Origin: Limnothrix sp. BL-A-16
Lineage (GTDB): Bacteria > Cyanobacteriota > Cyanobacteriia > CACIAM-69d
Direction of reading: 5' to 3'
Length of the DNA: 64,000 bases
NCBI GenBank assembly: GCA_041937175.2
Contig: CP166615.1
Location: 4,160,001 to 4,224,000 of the forward strand
Shown: piece by piece, positions 51,127-63,289 of the stretch
Position numbering within the stretch: position 1 is the stretch's first letter
Layout: the number at the start of each line of letters is the position of its first letter
Program-made: the position numbers and the translations under genes
The notes under the pieces: generated by a model
What the model was told of the DNA's origin: nothing
Databases searched by the model: none
Seen by the model: only the letters and a program-made list of their open reading frames with translations

Positions 51127-54100
51127 TTACTCGTCGTCAAACCCTTCACGGGCAAACACTTCGTAAGTGGGACGGGTGGGCGCACGGCGAACACCGGGGA
51201 TATCGATCATCAGGTCTACCTCCACATCGCGGCTGGTGCCGTCGTCTTGGATTTCGCTCTTGTGGACGGCGATGTCCAGGCAGAGGGATTGCAACTCGCG
51301 CATCAGCACCTTGAAGGATTCCGGCGTGCCGGGGCGCGGGATCGCTTTGCCCTTGACGATCGCGTTGAGGGCTTCGTTGCGGCCCTGCATGTCGTCGGAC
51401 TTGACCGTCAACAGCTCTTGCAGAATGTAGGCAGCCCCGAAGGCTTCCAGGGCCCACACTTCCATTTCCCCGAATCGCTGACCGCCCTGTTGGGCCTTCC
51501 CGCCGAGGGGCTGTTGGGTTACCAGCGAGTAGGGGCCGGTGCTGCGGGCGTGGATCTTGTCATCGACCAAGTGGACTAGCTTCAGCATGTAGCCCTTGCC
51601 GACGGTGACGGGGCGATCGAACGGTTCTCCCGTCCGGCCGTCGTAGACCGTGATTTTGCCGGGATTCGTCGGCTCAAACAGCCAGTCCTTGCCGGTTTCG
51701 TCGCGGGCTTCCTGCAACTTGCCATGCACCGCCAAGCGGGAGGCTTCTGCCCCGTACATTTCGTCAAAGGGCGTGACCTTGAAGCGCATCCCCAACTGCT
51801 CACCGGCCCAACCCAGCAAGCACTCAAACACCTGACCCACGTTCATCCGGGAGGGCACCCCTAGCGGGTTCAACACCACATCGACCGGGCTACCGTCGGG
51901 CAAGAAAGGCATATCTTCCACGGGCAGGATCTTGGAGATGATCCCCTTGTTGCCGTGGCGGCCAGCCATCTTGTCGCCCACTTGGATTTTCCGCTTTTGG
52001 GCCACGTAAACCCGCACGACCATGTTCGCGCCGGGGGGCAGCTCGTCGCCCTGCTCTCGGGTAAATACCCGCACATCAACAACGCGCCCCTTTTCACCAT
52101 TGGGCACGCGCAGGGAGTTGTCGCGCACGTCCCGAGCCTTCTCGCCGAAGATTGCCCGCAGTAGTTTTTCTTCCGGCGGTTGATCCGATTCACCCTTGGG
52201 CGTGACTTTGCCGACCAGGATGTCACCGGATTCCACCCAAGCGCCGATCCGGATGATGCCGTGCTCGTCCAGTTGGCGCAGGGCATCTTCCCCGACGTTG
52301 GGAATTTCGCGGGTGATTTCTTCGGGGCCGAGCTTGGTTTGGCGGGCTTCAATCTCGAATTTTTCAACGTGGATCGAGGTATAGACATCCTCGGCCACCA
52401 GGCGCTCACTGATTAGGATTGCGTCTTCGTAGTTGTAGCCTTCCCAGGGCATGTAAACGACGGTGACGTTTTGCCCCAGGGCCAGCTCGCCGCCTTCAGT
52501 GGAAGAGCCGTCGGCCAGCACTTGCCCGGCCACGACGCGCTCGCCGCTGTAAACCAAGGGGCGTTGGTTAAGGCAGGTGTCCTGGTTCGATCGCTGGTAT
52601 TTTTGCAACTCGTATTCCAGGATGTTGCCGTCCGGATCCTTGACGCGGATTTCCTTGGCGGACACGTAGACCACTTCCCCAGCGGTGCGAGAGACGATCA
52701 CCATCCCCGAGTCGCGGGCGGCCTGGGCTTCCAGACCCGTGCCCACCAAGGGGCGCTCGGGCCGCAACAGGGGCACGGCTTGCCGTTGCATGTTTGATCC
52801 CATCAGGGCCCGGTTTGCGTCGTCATGCTCCAGGAACGGAATCAAGGACGTTGCCACCGAGATGATTTGTACCGGGGAAACGGCGATGTAGTCCACCTGG
52901 TCGGGGGTGGTGGTGGTGAACTCCTGGCGGTAGCGCACGGGCACCGATTCCCCGAGGATGTAGCCGTTTTCGTCCATGGGCACATCCCCAGGAGCGACGC
53001 GCACATCGTCCTCTTCGTCGGCAGTCATGTAGATCGGCCGGCGATCGAGCCGGACGCGGCCATTTTCCACCGGAAAAACCGGGGTGGTAATGAATCCGTA
53101 GGGGTTGACGCGGGCATGGGTCGCCAAGGAACCGATCAAACCGGCGTTCGGGCCTTCCGGCGTTTCGATCGGGCAGATCCGGCCGTGGTGGCTGGGGTGA
53201 ATGTCCCGCACCGCGAAGCCCGCCCGCTCCCGGGTCAGACCACCGGGCCCCAAGGCGCTGAGGCGACGCTTGTGGGTCAACTCCGCCAAGGGATTGGTCT
53301 GATCCATGAACTGGGACAGTTGGCTGGAGCCGAAGAACTCCTTAATCGCCGCCACCAGGGGTTTTGGGTTGACCAAGGAAGCGGGCGTTAGGGAATCCGC
53401 ATCGGATACGGTCATCCGTTCGCGAATGATCCGCTCCAATCGGTTCAAGCCGACGCGCACTTGGTTTTGCAGCAGTTCACCGACCGATCGCACCCGGCGG
53501 TTACCCAGGTGGTCGATGTCATCGGTGCTGCCCAGGTCAAATTCCAGGTTGATCAGATAGTCGATCGCCGACAGGATATCCTGCGGAGTCAGCACGCGCA
53601 CTGTGTCGGGAATGTTCAGGTGCAGCTTGCGGTTGATCTTGTAGCGGCCCACCTTGCCCAGGTCGTAGCGTTTGGGATCAAAGAAGCGTGAATCCAACAG
53701 TTGCTGACCGCCAGAAACCGTCGGCGGTTCGCCCGGCCGCAGCTTGCGGTACAGCTCCATCAGCGCTTCTTCTTCGGAGAAGTCGCCTTCTTTTTCGATC
53801 GTCCGTTGGAAATATTCCGGGTGTCGCAGCCCATCGAGAATTTCCGCCGTCGTCCAACCCAGGGCCTTCAGCAGCACTTGGGCCGACAGCTTGCGGGTCT
53901 TATCGATCCGCACCCAAACCATGTCGTTTTTGTCGGTCTCGAACTTCAGCCAAGCGCCCCGGTTGGGAATCAAGCTAGCCGAATAGGTGCGGCGACCGCT
54001 CTTGTCGATTTCGAACTTGTAGTAAACGCCGGGGCTACGGACGATCTGATTCACGATCACCCGTTCCGCGCCGTTGATGATGAAGGTTCCCCGCTCCGTC

Positions 54101-54426
54101 ATCAAGGGTAGATCGCCAATAAAGACTTCCTGCTCCTTGATTTCGCCGGTTTCCTTGTTGATCAACCGGGTCGGCACATACATTTGCACCGAATAGGTGG
54201 CATCCCGCCGCTTGGCTTCATCAACGTCGTATTTGGGCCGCTTCAGCTTGTAGTTTTTGCCGATGAAGTGCAGCTCCAACTTGCCGGTATAGTCCGTGAT
54301 TGGGGAGAAGCTATCGAGTTCTTCGATCAGGCCTTCTTCGAGGAACCAACGGAAACTGGCCCGTTGAATTTCAATCAGGTCGGGCAGCAGAAACGAAGGG
54401 GTCGTGGTCGCGAGTTTGTCGGTCAT
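51127..54426 (-). CDS. rpoB: RNA polymerase beta subunit
   Basis: [44 protein letters not shown]. Confidence 0.99.
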   Translation of the reverse strand: MTDKLATTTPSFLLPDLIEIQRASFRWFLEEGLIEELDSFSPITDYTGKLELHFIGKNYKLKRPKYDVDEAKRRDATYSVQMYVPTRLINKETGEIKEQEVFIGDLPLMTERGTFIINGAERVIVNQIVRSPGVYYKFEIDKSGRRTYSASLIPNRGAWLKFETDKNDMVWVRIDKTRKLSAQVLLKALGWTTAEILDGLRHPEYFQRTIEKEGDFSEEEALMELYRKLRPGEPPTVSGGQQLLDSRFFDPKRYDLGKVGRYKINRKLHLNIPDTVRVLTPQDILSAIDYLINLEFDLGSTDDIDHLGNRRVRSVGELLQNQVRVGLNRLERIIRERMTVSDADSLTPASLVNPKPLVAAIKEFFGSSQLSQFMDQTNPLAELTHKRRLSALGPGGLTRERAGFAVRDIHPSHHGRICPIETPEGPNAGLIGSLATHARVNPYGFITTPVFPVENGRVRLDRRPIYMTADEEDDVRVAPGDVPMDENGYILGESVPVRYRQEFTTTTPDQVDYIAVSPVQIISVATSLIPFLEHDDANRALMGSNMQRQAVPLLRPERPLVGTGLEAQAARDSGMVIVSRTAGEVVYVSAKEIRVKDPDGNILEYELQKYQRSNQDTCLNQRPLVYSGERVVAGQVLADGSSTEGGELALGQNVTVVYMPWEGYNYEDAILISERLVAEDVYTSIHVEKFEIEARQTKLGPEEITREIPNVGEDALRQLDEHGIIRIGAWVESGDILVGKVTPKGESDQPPEEKLLRAIFGEKARDVRDNSLRVPNGEKGRVVDVRVFTREQGDELPPGANMVVRVYVAQKRKIQVGDKMAGRHGNKGIISKILPVEDMPFLPDGSPVDVVLNPLGVPSRMNVGQVFECLLGWAGEQLGMRFKVTPFDEMYGAEASRLAVHGKLQEARDETGKDWLFEPTNPGKITVYDGRTGEPFDRPVTVGKGYMLKLVHLVDDKIHARSTGPYSLVTQQPLGGKAQQGGQRFGEMEVWALEAFGAAYILQELLTVKSDDMQGRNEALNAIVKGKAIPRPGTPESFKVLMRELQSLCLDIAVHKSEIQDDGTSRDVEVDLMIDIPGVRRAPTRPTYEVFAREGFDDE

Positions 54427-54567
54427 GCGTCTCCTGGGGGCGGTGATGCCAAGTGCAAACCCGTTGGCAGATGGAACGCGGGCAGCAAAACAGCAGCAAA
54501 ACAACGGTGACCGGGCCTGACTAAGGGGCGAATCGCAGGGGCGATCGCCCGGCCCGGCTGCGGGGCC

Positions 54568-55392
54568 CTAGGCGAGGGCCAGGGCGGGAACGGTGGGTTC
54601 GATCGACTGGGGCAGTCGGAACAACTGGCGAGCATTGGCGCTGGTCTGCTCACCCAGGGCGATCGGGTCAAGATTCCGCAGGGCGGCTACCTGGTTGAGC
54701 ACCGAAACCACGTAGGCCGGTTCATTGCGACGACCGCGATGGGGCACGGGAGCCAAAAACGGGCAATCCGTTTCCACCAACAGGCGATCGAGCGGCACCA
54801 CCTTGGCGGATTCCTGAATGTCTGGGGCATTCTTGAAAGTGACCGTGCCGCTGAAGCTGATGTGAAATCCGAGTTCCACAAACTGCAAAGCCTGCTGAGG
54901 GGTACCTCCCCAGCAGTGCAAAACTCCCGCCGGACAACCCGGGCGATCGCGCAGAAACTCAAGCATTTCCTCCGCAGCGTCGCGGCAATGGATAATCACC
55001 GGCAGACCCAAATCGCTGGCCAAATCGAGCTGGGCCCCAAAGGCCGCAAACTGCACTTGATGGGCCGTTGATTTGTAGAAGTCGAGACCGGTTTCGCCAA
55101 TGGCCACCACCTTTGAATCCGATTGAGCCAAGGTGCGAATTTGCTCGCCCAACGCCTCTTGCCACTGATGTTCCGCCTCCAGTGGGTGTAGCCCAACGGC
55201 GAAAAACACTTCAGGGCAAGCTTGGGCGATCGCCTGAATCGCCCCAAACTCGCCCGGATGCACACAAGCGTGAACCAACGCGTCAACGCCGGCCGCCAAC
55301 CAACGCTGGCGAACGGCGCTGAAATCATCACTAAAGTTGGGAAAATTAACGTGAACGTGCGTGTCGATCGCTTTCACGGCGCGTTTACCCAC
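54568..55392 (-). CDS. tatD: TatD-family nuclease
   Basis: DTHVH, GLHP, AIGETGLD, IHCR, HCW, ETDCPFLAP. Confidence 0.95.
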   Translation of the reverse strand: MGKRAVKAIDTHVHVNFPNFSDDFSAVRQRWLAAGVDALVHACVHPGEFGAIQAIAQACPEVFFAVGLHPLEAEHQWQEALGEQIRTLAQSDSKVVAIGETGLDFYKSTAHQVQFAAFGAQLDLASDLGLPVIIHCRDAAEEMLEFLRDRPGCPAGVLHCWGGTPQQALQFVELGFHISFSGTVTFKNAPDIQESAKVVPLDRLLVETDCPFLAPVPHRGRRNEPAYVVSVLNQVAALRNLDPIALGEQTSANARQLFRLPQSIEPTVPALALA

Positions 55393-55496
55393 CTCGACTA
55401 CGGCTAAGGGTTAATGCTTGGGATCTCAGCCCAGCAGTCTCAGTCAGCGATGGACAACGCACCAAGGGTGGCGAGGCCCCATCGCCTAACCAACCC

Positions 55497-55787
55497 TTAA
55501 GCAGCGACAGCCTTCTTCAGGTAGCTGGCCAACTTCGACTTTTTGCGCGCAGCGTTGTTGCGGTGATAAACACCCCGCTTCACGGCCTTGTCAATTTTGC
55601 TGGCGGCGTTGGACAGATTTGCTTGGACGGCTTCCAGGGCTTCCGGCGAAGGGTTGGCCGCGTAAGCATCCACCGACGACAGATATTTCTTGGTCAGGGT
55701 TCGCACCGCCGACTTATAAGCTTTATTACGCAGTCGATTACGCTCTGCGATCTGAACGCGCTTGATTGCAGACTTAATATTAGCCAC
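55497..55787 (-). CDS. rpsT: 30S ribosomal protein S20
   Basis: ANIKSAIKR...RNRLRNK...[19 protein letters not shown]. Confidence 0.98.
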   Translation of the reverse strand: MANIKSAIKRVQIAERNRLRNKAYKSAVRTLTKKYLSSVDAYAANPSPEALEAVQANLSNAASKIDKAVKRGVYHRNNAARKKSKLASYLKKAVAA

Positions 55788-56362
55788 GGTCGATCTCTTA
55801 GGATTTCGATTGCAACGTTGACACTAGATTCCCATGCCTGGGCAAGGGGGACACCCAAACCAGAGGATTTGGGTTCTTGCTTGTTTCTCGTGGTCGAGTC
55901 TTCCGCGCCTTCGTTCTAGGATGAGACCAGGAAAAGTCTCAGGGTCGCTCCGCAGGCTGACACCGCTACAATGAGCGGTCAAGAAGCATCGGCACTGGTT
56001 CCTTGGGCCCGGTGAGTCGTGACGCTGGTGAGCAAGAAAAAAATTTCGGCTCTGGCAGTCACCCTTTGGCAAGGCTGGACAAGGAGAGATTGGACGGTGT
56101 TGGAACTGCCCGGCGATCCATAATAACACCCACTGCCGGAACTCGTGCAAAGAACTCCGGAATTTTGTTAAAAAATGTTTTAATACTCACCGCATTCGCC
56201 CGGCGATCAGGACTCTGGCGCGATCACTTTTTAACCCTTGCTCTCAGGAGACAAGGTTTTCAGGCTGCCGAGTGTTTCTATAATGATGACTACGCCGATC
56301 TCGTCGGTAGCCACGGGGCGCTGCGAGGTCGCCGAATTGGACGACCAGGACGCGAAGACTCC

Positions 56363-57673
56363 ATGTTGCGAATTATTACCGAATTGGCCGAGGCCCGGTC
56401 GGAGCTACGGCGGATTTGCGATCGCACCCACGATGAGCAGGTGACGCACAAGGAAGCCACCGTGCGTCAGATCCTCCAAACCGTGAAGCGCCAAGGCGAT
56501 CGGGCCTTGCTGGCCTACACGGAAGAGTTTGACAAGCAGATTTTAACTGCCGAGCAACTTCGCGTCACGGGGTCGGAACTGGATGCGGCCTATCAACAGG
56601 TTTCCAAGGAACTGCTGTCCGCGATCCAACTGGCGAGCCGACAAATTGAGGAATTTCATCGGCTGCGGGTTCCCAAAAGCTGGGTGCAATTTGGCGATCG
56701 AGATGTGGTCTTGGGCAAGCGCTACACACCGGTTGATCGCGCCGGTCTTTACGTTCCCGGTGGTCGGGCTGCCTATCCCAGCACCGTGCTGATGAATGCG
56801 ATTCCGGCCAAAGTGGCCGGGGTGGAGCGAATTGTGATGGTGACCCCGCCGGGGCCCGGGGGTGCTTTGAACCCGGCCGTGCTGGTGGCGGCCCAAGAAG
56901 CGGGCGTGACGGAAATCTACCGCGTGGGCGGGGCCCAGGCGATCGCCGCCCTCGCCTACGGTACGGAAACGATTCCGAAAGTGGATGTGATCACCGGCCC
57001 CGGAAATGTTTACGTGATGCTGGCCAAGGGGCAAGTCTACGGCACGGTGGGCATTGACTCCCTCGCGGGCCCCTCGGAGGTGCTTGTGATTGCCGATCGC
57101 ACCGCGGACCCCACCCACCTGGCCGCCGACCTGCTCGCCCAGGCTGAGCATGACCCCATGGCCGCTGCAATCTTGATCACCACCGATGGCGACCTGGCCG
57201 GAAAGGTGGTCAACGAGGTGAAGGATCAACTGGCAGATCACCCTCGGCGGATTGATACGGAAAAGGCGATCGCCCATTTCGGTCTGGTTGTTGTGGTGGA
57301 AACGCTGGAACTGGCGGCGGAATTGTCCAACGAATTTGCACCGGAACACCTGGAATTGGAAGTGGCGGAACCCTGGGATCTTCTGGAGCGGATTAAACAT
57401 GCCGGAGCCATCTTCCTGGGCCACTCCACACCGGAAGCGGTGGGCGACTACCTCGCGGGCCCCAACCACACCCTGCCCACCTCCGGTGCAGCCCGCTATG
57501 CCTCGCCCCTGAGCACGGAAACCTTCATGAAGCACTCCAGTATCATTTCCTATTCCGCCGGGGCCCTGTCGTCCGTGTCTTCGGCGGTGCAGGCCTTGGC
57601 GGAGGCGGAGGGTCTGCCGTCCCATGGCTATTCCGTGAAGGTGCGCACCGATCGCCCCAGCCCCGAACGGTAG
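56363..57673 (+). CDS. hisD: Histidinol dehydrogenase
   Basis: GLYVPGG, GGAQAIAAL, GPGN, AGPSE, QAEHD, APEHLE, GDYLAGPNHTLPT; ATG at 56363. Confidence 0.97.
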   Translation: MLRIITELAEARSELRRICDRTHDEQVTHKEATVRQILQTVKRQGDRALLAYTEEFDKQILTAEQLRVTGSELDAAYQQVSKELLSAIQLASRQIEEFHRLRVPKSWVQFGDRDVVLGKRYTPVDRAGLYVPGGRAAYPSTVLMNAIPAKVAGVERIVMVTPPGPGGALNPAVLVAAQEAGVTEIYRVGGAQAIAALAYGTETIPKVDVITGPGNVYVMLAKGQVYGTVGIDSLAGPSEVLVIADRTADPTHLAADLLAQAEHDPMAAAILITTDGDLAGKVVNEVKDQLADHPRRIDTEKAIAHFGLVVVVETLELAAELSNEFAPEHLELEVAEPWDLLERIKHAGAIFLGHSTPEAVGDYLAGPNHTLPTSGAARYASPLSTETFMKHSSIISYSAGALSSVSSAVQALAEAEGLPSHGYSVKVRTDRPSPER

Positions 57674-58051
57674 TGGCCACGGGAACGCGATTGACCGGCG
57701 ACTTGACCGGCGATTGGACGTTGAGATTTATTGCAGATTGTTACCTGTTGTTGTAACTCTTCATATCCCATCCCCCATCCCCCCAAAGGAGATTGATAGA
57801 CTAAACAACAGTTTTTTTAAGGCTTTGATCCTTAGCGATCGTTAGCAAGCCGTTTTTAAAATCCCCATGCAGCCTTTGATCCCGCACAACCGCTGTGCAG
57901 TTGTCAGGAAAGATTGGCTGCTGATCATCCCGTTGACGACCCTTCCCTAGCACGCTGATAGATCTGTTCAGATTGCTCCAGTCAGATCGCTACAGATCCT
58001 GTCTGGCTCAGTCATCTGCCCAACCCGTACCTCGATCGCACTAAGCAATTC

Positions 58052-59122
58052 ATGGTTAGCACTCCCCAAAAACCGCAAGCCGTCCAGCCGGGAGTCAAAG
58101 TTCCCGCCAAGGACACGATCCTCACGCCGCGCTTTTACACCACCAACTTCGAAGAAATGGCGGCGATGGACATCTCTGCCAACGAAGAGGAACTCCAAGC
58201 GATCATTGAAGAATTTCGGGTGGACTATAACCGCCACCACTTCGTGCGCGACGAGGAGTTCAACCAAAGCTGGGATCACATTGACGGCAAAACCCGCGAG
58301 CTGTTCATTGAGTTTCTGGAGCGCTCCTGCACCGCTGAGTTTTCGGGCTTCTTGCTTTACAAGGAACTGTCGCGGAAGCTGAAGGGCAAAAACCCGGTGC
58401 TGGCCGAAGGGTTTGAGCTGATGTCGCGGGATGAAGCACGCCATGCGGGCTTCCTGAACAAGGCGATGACGGACTTCAACCTGTCGCTGGATTTGGGCTT
58501 CCTGACCCAAAGCAAGAGCTACACCTACTTCGCACCGAAGTTCATCTTCTACGCGACCTACCTGTCGGAAAAGATCGGCTACTGGCGCTACATCACGATC
58601 TATCGCCACCTGGAAAAGAATCCCGAAGACCGGATTTATCCGATCTTCCGCTTCTTTGAAAACTGGTGCCAAGACGAGAACCGCCACGGCGACTTTTTCG
58701 ATGCGGTGCTGCGGGCCAATCCCCAATTCCTGAACGACTGGAAAGCCCGTCTCTGGTGCCGCTTCTTCCTGCTGTCGGTGTTTGCGACGATGTTCTTGAA
58801 CGATCTGCAACGAAGCGGGTTCTACGCGGCGATCGGGCTGAACGCTCGCGACTATGACATCGAAGTGATTAAGAGAACCAACGAAACGGCGGGTCGGGTG
58901 TTCCCGATCATCCTGGATGTGGAGAACCCTGAGTTCTATGAGCGGCTTGATCGCTGTGCTGCCAACAACATCAAGTTGGGTGAAATCGCCGCCTCGAACG
59001 AACCGGGCTTCGTGAAAACCCTGCAAAAGCTGCCGTTGATTTTGAACACGGCTTGGCAGCTCATTGCCCTATTCCTGATGCCGCCCATCCGGGTTGACCA
59101 AAATTGGTCGGTGGCTCGCTAG
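58052..59122 (+). CDS. acsF: Mg-protoporphyrin IX monomethyl ester oxidative cyclase
   Basis: [43 protein letters not shown] di-iron motifs. Confidence 0.98.
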   Translation: MVSTPQKPQAVQPGVKVPAKDTILTPRFYTTNFEEMAAMDISANEEELQAIIEEFRVDYNRHHFVRDEEFNQSWDHIDGKTRELFIEFLERSCTAEFSGFLLYKELSRKLKGKNPVLAEGFELMSRDEARHAGFLNKAMTDFNLSLDLGFLTQSKSYTYFAPKFIFYATYLSEKIGYWRYITIYRHLEKNPEDRIYPIFRFFENWCQDENRHGDFFDAVLRANPQFLNDWKARLWCRFFLLSVFATMFLNDLQRSGFYAAIGLNARDYDIEVIKRTNETAGRVFPIILDVENPEFYERLDRCAANNIKLGEIAASNEPGFVKTLQKLPLILNTAWQLIALFLMPPIRVDQNWSVAR

Positions 59123-59167
59123 AACTCGGGAATTAGCCCTGATTTGACTGTCATTTCGAGCTGATTT

Positions 59168-59200
59168 GGTGGCCAGTGCTCAGCACTGGCCATCTTTTTT
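59168..59200 (+). terminator. Intrinsic terminator after acsF
   Basis: GGTGGCCAGTGC-TCA-GCACTGGCCATC followed by T6. Confidence 0.85.
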
Positions 59201-59373
59201 GTCTTCTTTTCTGCGTTTTGATCGCTGTTTCTGGCCCGTCGAGCTATCCATTGACGCACCATCAAGCAATGATTCGTTGACCTTCCTAGACAGTGGTAAG
59301 GTCGTTCGCTACCCTGAAGTCTGTAGTGACGGCTTTGCCGTATCCCGATCGAGATGGTTCTCTGTGCCTTGCC

Positions 59374-60348
59374 ATGACTGCTTCTAGCACAAAACGCCGC
59401 CGCCAACTGCCTTGGCTCCATCGCCACGGTCGCACCGTAATTGCGGGCATCGCCGGAACCGGTTTGGTGCTCACCAGCTATCTAACCGTGGTGAAGTTAA
59501 CGGGCGCGAAGGCGGCTTGCCCCACAGAAGGGTGCGATCGCGTCCTGAACAGTCCCTATGCCGAGGTGCTGGGGATACCACTGCCGCTGATTGGGATGCT
59601 GGGCTATGCAGCCATGTTGTTGTTGGCGCTGGCTCCCCTGGCCACCCAGCAGGCCCGCAAGGATTTGCAAGTCCAGATTGAGGAATGGAGCGGATTGCTG
59701 TTGGTGGCGGGCGGTGCAGCCATGGCCACGTTCAGCGGCTATTTGATGTATGTGATGGTCTCGGAAATTCGCGAGACTTGTCTCTATTGCTTGGGGTCGG
59801 CGTTCTTTTCCCTGTCGCTGTTTGGCCTGGCCCTCAGCAGTCGCCGTTGGGATGATTTAGGGAAACCGATTTTCACGGCGATCGGGCTGGCCATCATCAC
59901 GCTGGTGGGAACCTTGGGGGTCTATGCCACTCCCAGCGGATCCAGTTCCAACGGATCGGAAATGTTCACCATCAAGACCAATTCCGGCCCAGCGGAAATT
60001 GCTTTAGCCGAGCATCTCACCCAAACGGGGGCGCAGGAATTCGGAGCCTATTGGTGTCCCCACTGCCATGAGCAGAAAGAACTGTTTGGCAAGGAGGCGG
60101 CCGCGAAGTTGCCCTACGTGGAGTGTGATCCCAACGGCAAGAACGCCAAACCGGATCTTTGTCGGGCGGCGGGTATTCGCAGTTTCCCCTCCTGGAAAAT
60201 TGGTGGCAAGCTCTATGAAGGGGTGACTCCGCTCGATCGCCTGGCGGATTTGTCCGGCTATCAGGGCGATCGCACCTTCCGCCAAGGAAGCCTTCAGGAA
60301 CTGCCGAACCGCGCCGCCCCGATCCCAGAACCCGCTCCTAGTCCTTAA
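59374..60348 (+). CDS. VKOR - thioredoxin-like fusion (disulfide bond formation)
   Basis: C-x4-C..VL.SPYA, membrane helices, CLYC, then WCPHC. Confidence 0.93.
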   Translation: MTASSTKRRRQLPWLHRHGRTVIAGIAGTGLVLTSYLTVVKLTGAKAACPTEGCDRVLNSPYAEVLGIPLPLIGMLGYAAMLLLALAPLATQQARKDLQVQIEEWSGLLLVAGGAAMATFSGYLMYVMVSEIRETCLYCLGSAFFSLSLFGLALSSRRWDDLGKPIFTAIGLAIITLVGTLGVYATPSGSSSNGSEMFTIKTNSGPAEIALAEHLTQTGAQEFGAYWCPHCHEQKELFGKEAAAKLPYVECDPNGKNAKPDLCRAAGIRSFPSWKIGGKLYEGVTPLDRLADLSGYQGDRTFRQGSLQELPNRAAPIPEPAPSP

Positions 60349-60364
60349 ACCCCAATGCCCTTTA

Positions 60365-60398
60365 GCCCAACACCTGAGTTCAGGAGGTTGGGCGTTTT
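60365..60398 (+). terminator. Probable terminator after the VKOR gene
   Basis: GCCCAAC..CCTGA/TCAGG..GTTGGGC followed by T-tracts. Confidence 0.55.
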
Positions 60399-60996
60399 AG
60401 ATTTTGGGGGCCATGATGGGGAATTGGGCCTGGAATCTTGAAAAATTTGCAAATGCTTCGCCGGATCAGGCAACTTTTCGCTAGAAAAGCTAAAACAGAC
60501 GGCATTTGCGTCAGCAGCGGCTAGTTAGCTTCTCCTTAGTCCCCCTTAGCACCACTGAGCTAGTGTCCATCTCGGTAGCACTGGACGCGGAACGTGGTGA
60601 ACTCCAAAACTGGGTTCCGGTGCTGGGTTTGGGGACTGGGTTCCGGTGCTGGGTGCAAATGCCATTCGATCGCGCGTAGGAGACCGGAGCTGCCCCAAAT
60701 TGGCTGGAATTGTCACGATCAAGGTTCGTTCCCCAAAGCCGTTAATTAAGCCGTAACGAAGCCAATCCGAGAGAGTGAGGTATCTATCACGATCCGTAAT
60801 CTCTGAAGCGTTACGATTGAGACCGGGAGCAGTCGGCTAGAATCCAGAAAAGATCGTCAAACATCTTGTCGGGGGCGGCCACTTTTGACCTGGCCCATTT
60901 GGCTTGACTCGATCCAGTATTTCCGATCAGGGTGGCGTGCCAACGGCTATTCGCGATGTTCTGTTTAGGCGTTTCGTTTAGATGCTCCGTTTAATA

Positions 60997-61139
60997 GGGC
61001 CTGTCGTCATTATTTCGAGGTGATGCTGAAACAGTTGATCTTCCATGCCCTAGTCGTCGTAACAAGGGGCTTAAGCCCCTTGTCCCCCACGATCCGCTAA
61101 CGGCAGATCTAGGGTTTCGTGCTCAACGACGACAGGCCC
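60997..61139. mobile_element. MITE family A, 143 bp, intact copy flanked by TA
   Basis: TA-GGGCCTGTCGTCATT...AACGACGACAGGCCC-TA (14/15 terminal inverted repeat), central palindrome, no ORF. Confidence 0.88.
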
Positions 61140-61238
61140 TAGTCCTCGTGATTTGATTGCTCGATTTAATCACCCAAGCTTGATCACCCATCGATCAACC
61201 AACCCTGATCACTCTTGAGACCTCTGACAGTGGCTGCT

Positions 61239-63155
61239 ATGCAGATTTGTCCCCAGTGCCAATGTGAAAACCCTGATGACAACAAGTACTGTCAGCAGTG
61301 TGGTGCCTCGCTCGATCGACTGCTCTGTCCGGAATGCGGCACTGAGAATCCCGTCGGTCAGCTCACCTGTAGTGACTGTGGCGAGGTGATCGGGACAGTT
61401 CTGCAAGCTCTTTTGGTGCCGCCGGAGCCGGATGCCGCTTGGCCAAATCCCCCCGAGACCAATGATCCCGACCAGCCTTTTCTGCGCTACAAGCCCTTGA
61501 CCCCGATTCGGGCAATTGATGCCAGCGCCCAATATCAAACCCAAGTGCTGGATCAACAGCCCTATCGACTGCGATTTTTCGATCGCTGGTTGCACCAACC
61601 GATCGAGGGCGACGCGGAACCCACCTTGCCCCCCAGCTCTCAACCCGCACCCAACGAACTCTCGATCGAGTCCCAGATTCCCTCCATTGCCCAACCCTAT
61701 CTGCTGCTCGATTCACAACTGGGCCAACGCTTGCCCCAGGTCTACGACACCTGGCAAGGAGAAGGCTGGCAAGTGCTGTTGATTGAGGATCGATCGGACT
61801 GGAAATCCCTGAGCGATCTGTGGCGAGATCCCGACACACCCACCCTGCAAGTCCTGCACGATCTCTACGAAATGCTCGACCTTTGGGAAGAGCTAATTCC
61901 CGTGCAATGTACCGCCAGTCTGCTGGTGCTCGACAACCTGTGTGTTGACGAAGACAGCGTTCTGAGCCTCAAGCGTCTGCATGACCCTACCGCACATCCG
62001 GAGCAGCCCACCGCCGCCAGCAGCCTCACACACTTGGGCGAAGCCTGGCTACAGTTACTGACCCAGGCAGAACACCCAGGAGCCGACTCCCTGATTAACC
62101 TGGCTCAACTGATTGCTCGGGGTCAATTCACTAGCCCCGACGTGGTGCGCCAGCACCTGCGGCTCATTGCCGACAACTTGGAGCAAAAATCCCCCGTAGC
62201 GGCGATCGCCGCCACCAGCCTGAGCGAAAGCGTGGCCATGCCTTCTGGCTCGGTTGTTCCCAACGGTGGCAACCCGCTCGCTAATCTTCCCCTCAGTAGC
62301 CTGCGGGATGACGATGAGGACGATACACCCACGATCGTCCTGCCCATGAAATTGTCGAGTCTGGATGAAGCGGGGCGCACCGATATTGGTCGCCAGCGCG
62401 ATCACAATGAGGACTACTTCGGCATTTACACCAACTTCCAGCGCCTGGAAACCCCCAACGGCAGGACGGTTCGGGCCCACAATCTCTACATACTCTGTGA
62501 CGGGATGGGGGGCCATGCTAGCGGGGAAGTGGCCAGCCACTTGGCGGTCAAAACCCTTCAGGACTATTTCCAAACCCATTGGCAAAATGAAATGCCCCCG
62601 ATCGAGGCCATTCGAGAGGGCATCTTCATCGCCAACCAGGCAATTTACGACGAAAACCAAAGCGAACAGCGATCGGGCAGTGGGCGGATGGGCACCACCC
62701 TGGTTCTAGTGCTTGTCCACAATTCCAAGGTAGCCGTGGCCCACGTGGGAGACAGCCGGCTCTATCGGCTCACCCGCCGTCGGGGTCTGGAGCAAATCAC
62801 CACCGATCACGAAGTCGGACAGCGGGAAATTCAGCGCGGCATTGATCCCGATGCCTATCAACTCACCCAAGCCCTGGGGCCCCGCGATAACACTGGAGTG
62901 GATCCAGAAATCCAGTTTTTAGATCTGGACGAAGATGCTCTGTTGTTGCTCTGTTCCGATGGATTGAGCGACAACGACTTGGTTGAAACCCACTGGCAAA
63001 CCCACTTAGCCCCACTGATTAGCTCTCGCGCCAATCTTGACCAAGGGGTTTCGCAACTGGTGGAGCTGGCAAATCAGCACAATGGCCATGACAACATCAC
63101 GGCCCTGCTGATTCGAGCGAAGGTGCAGCCCAATATGGACAGCATGTTGATGTAG
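61239..63155 (+). CDS. PP2C-type Ser/Thr phosphatase with N-terminal double zinc ribbon
   Basis: Four CxxC; GRQRDHNED, LCDGMGGH, HVGDSR, LCSDGL, GHDNIT. Confidence 0.93.
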   Translation: MQICPQCQCENPDDNKYCQQCGASLDRLLCPECGTENPVGQLTCSDCGEVIGTVLQALLVPPEPDAAWPNPPETNDPDQPFLRYKPLTPIRAIDASAQYQTQVLDQQPYRLRFFDRWLHQPIEGDAEPTLPPSSQPAPNELSIESQIPSIAQPYLLLDSQLGQRLPQVYDTWQGEGWQVLLIEDRSDWKSLSDLWRDPDTPTLQVLHDLYEMLDLWEELIPVQCTASLLVLDNLCVDEDSVLSLKRLHDPTAHPEQPTAASSLTHLGEAWLQLLTQAEHPGADSLINLAQLIARGQFTSPDVVRQHLRLIADNLEQKSPVAAIAATSLSESVAMPSGSVVPNGGNPLANLPLSSLRDDDEDDTPTIVLPMKLSSLDEAGRTDIGRQRDHNEDYFGIYTNFQRLETPNGRTVRAHNLYILCDGMGGHASGEVASHLAVKTLQDYFQTHWQNEMPPIEAIREGIFIANQAIYDENQSEQRSGSGRMGTTLVLVLVHNSKVAVAHVGDSRLYRLTRRRGLEQITTDHEVGQREIQRGIDPDAYQLTQALGPRDNTGVDPEIQFLDLDEDALLLLCSDGLSDNDLVETHWQTHLAPLISSRANLDQGVSQLVELANQHNGHDNITALLIRAKVQPNMDSMLM

Positions 63156-63289
63156 AGCTGGGCGCTGATTGACGTAGAACTGAGCACTGAACTGAGCAGT
63201 CGGCCAGGCTTCCTAAATGGTTTAACCAGCAGCCAGGAAGCCATGGTCGATCGAACGGGGAGCGAGCTGAGTTCCTAAAAGCTAAACTC

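Noticed and set aside
56003..56362. 120-aa N-terminal extension of HisD (similar extensions in the ORF track for rpoB, rpoC1, plsX, patU and 36572)
   Set aside because: Family similarity starts at downstream ATGs; the extensions come from the ORF caller choosing the first possible start
57740..57757. GTTAC-N8-GTAAC inverted repeat upstream of acsF as an NtcA site
   Set aside because: Does not match GTA-N8-TAC, and 5-bp arms are too short to support another call
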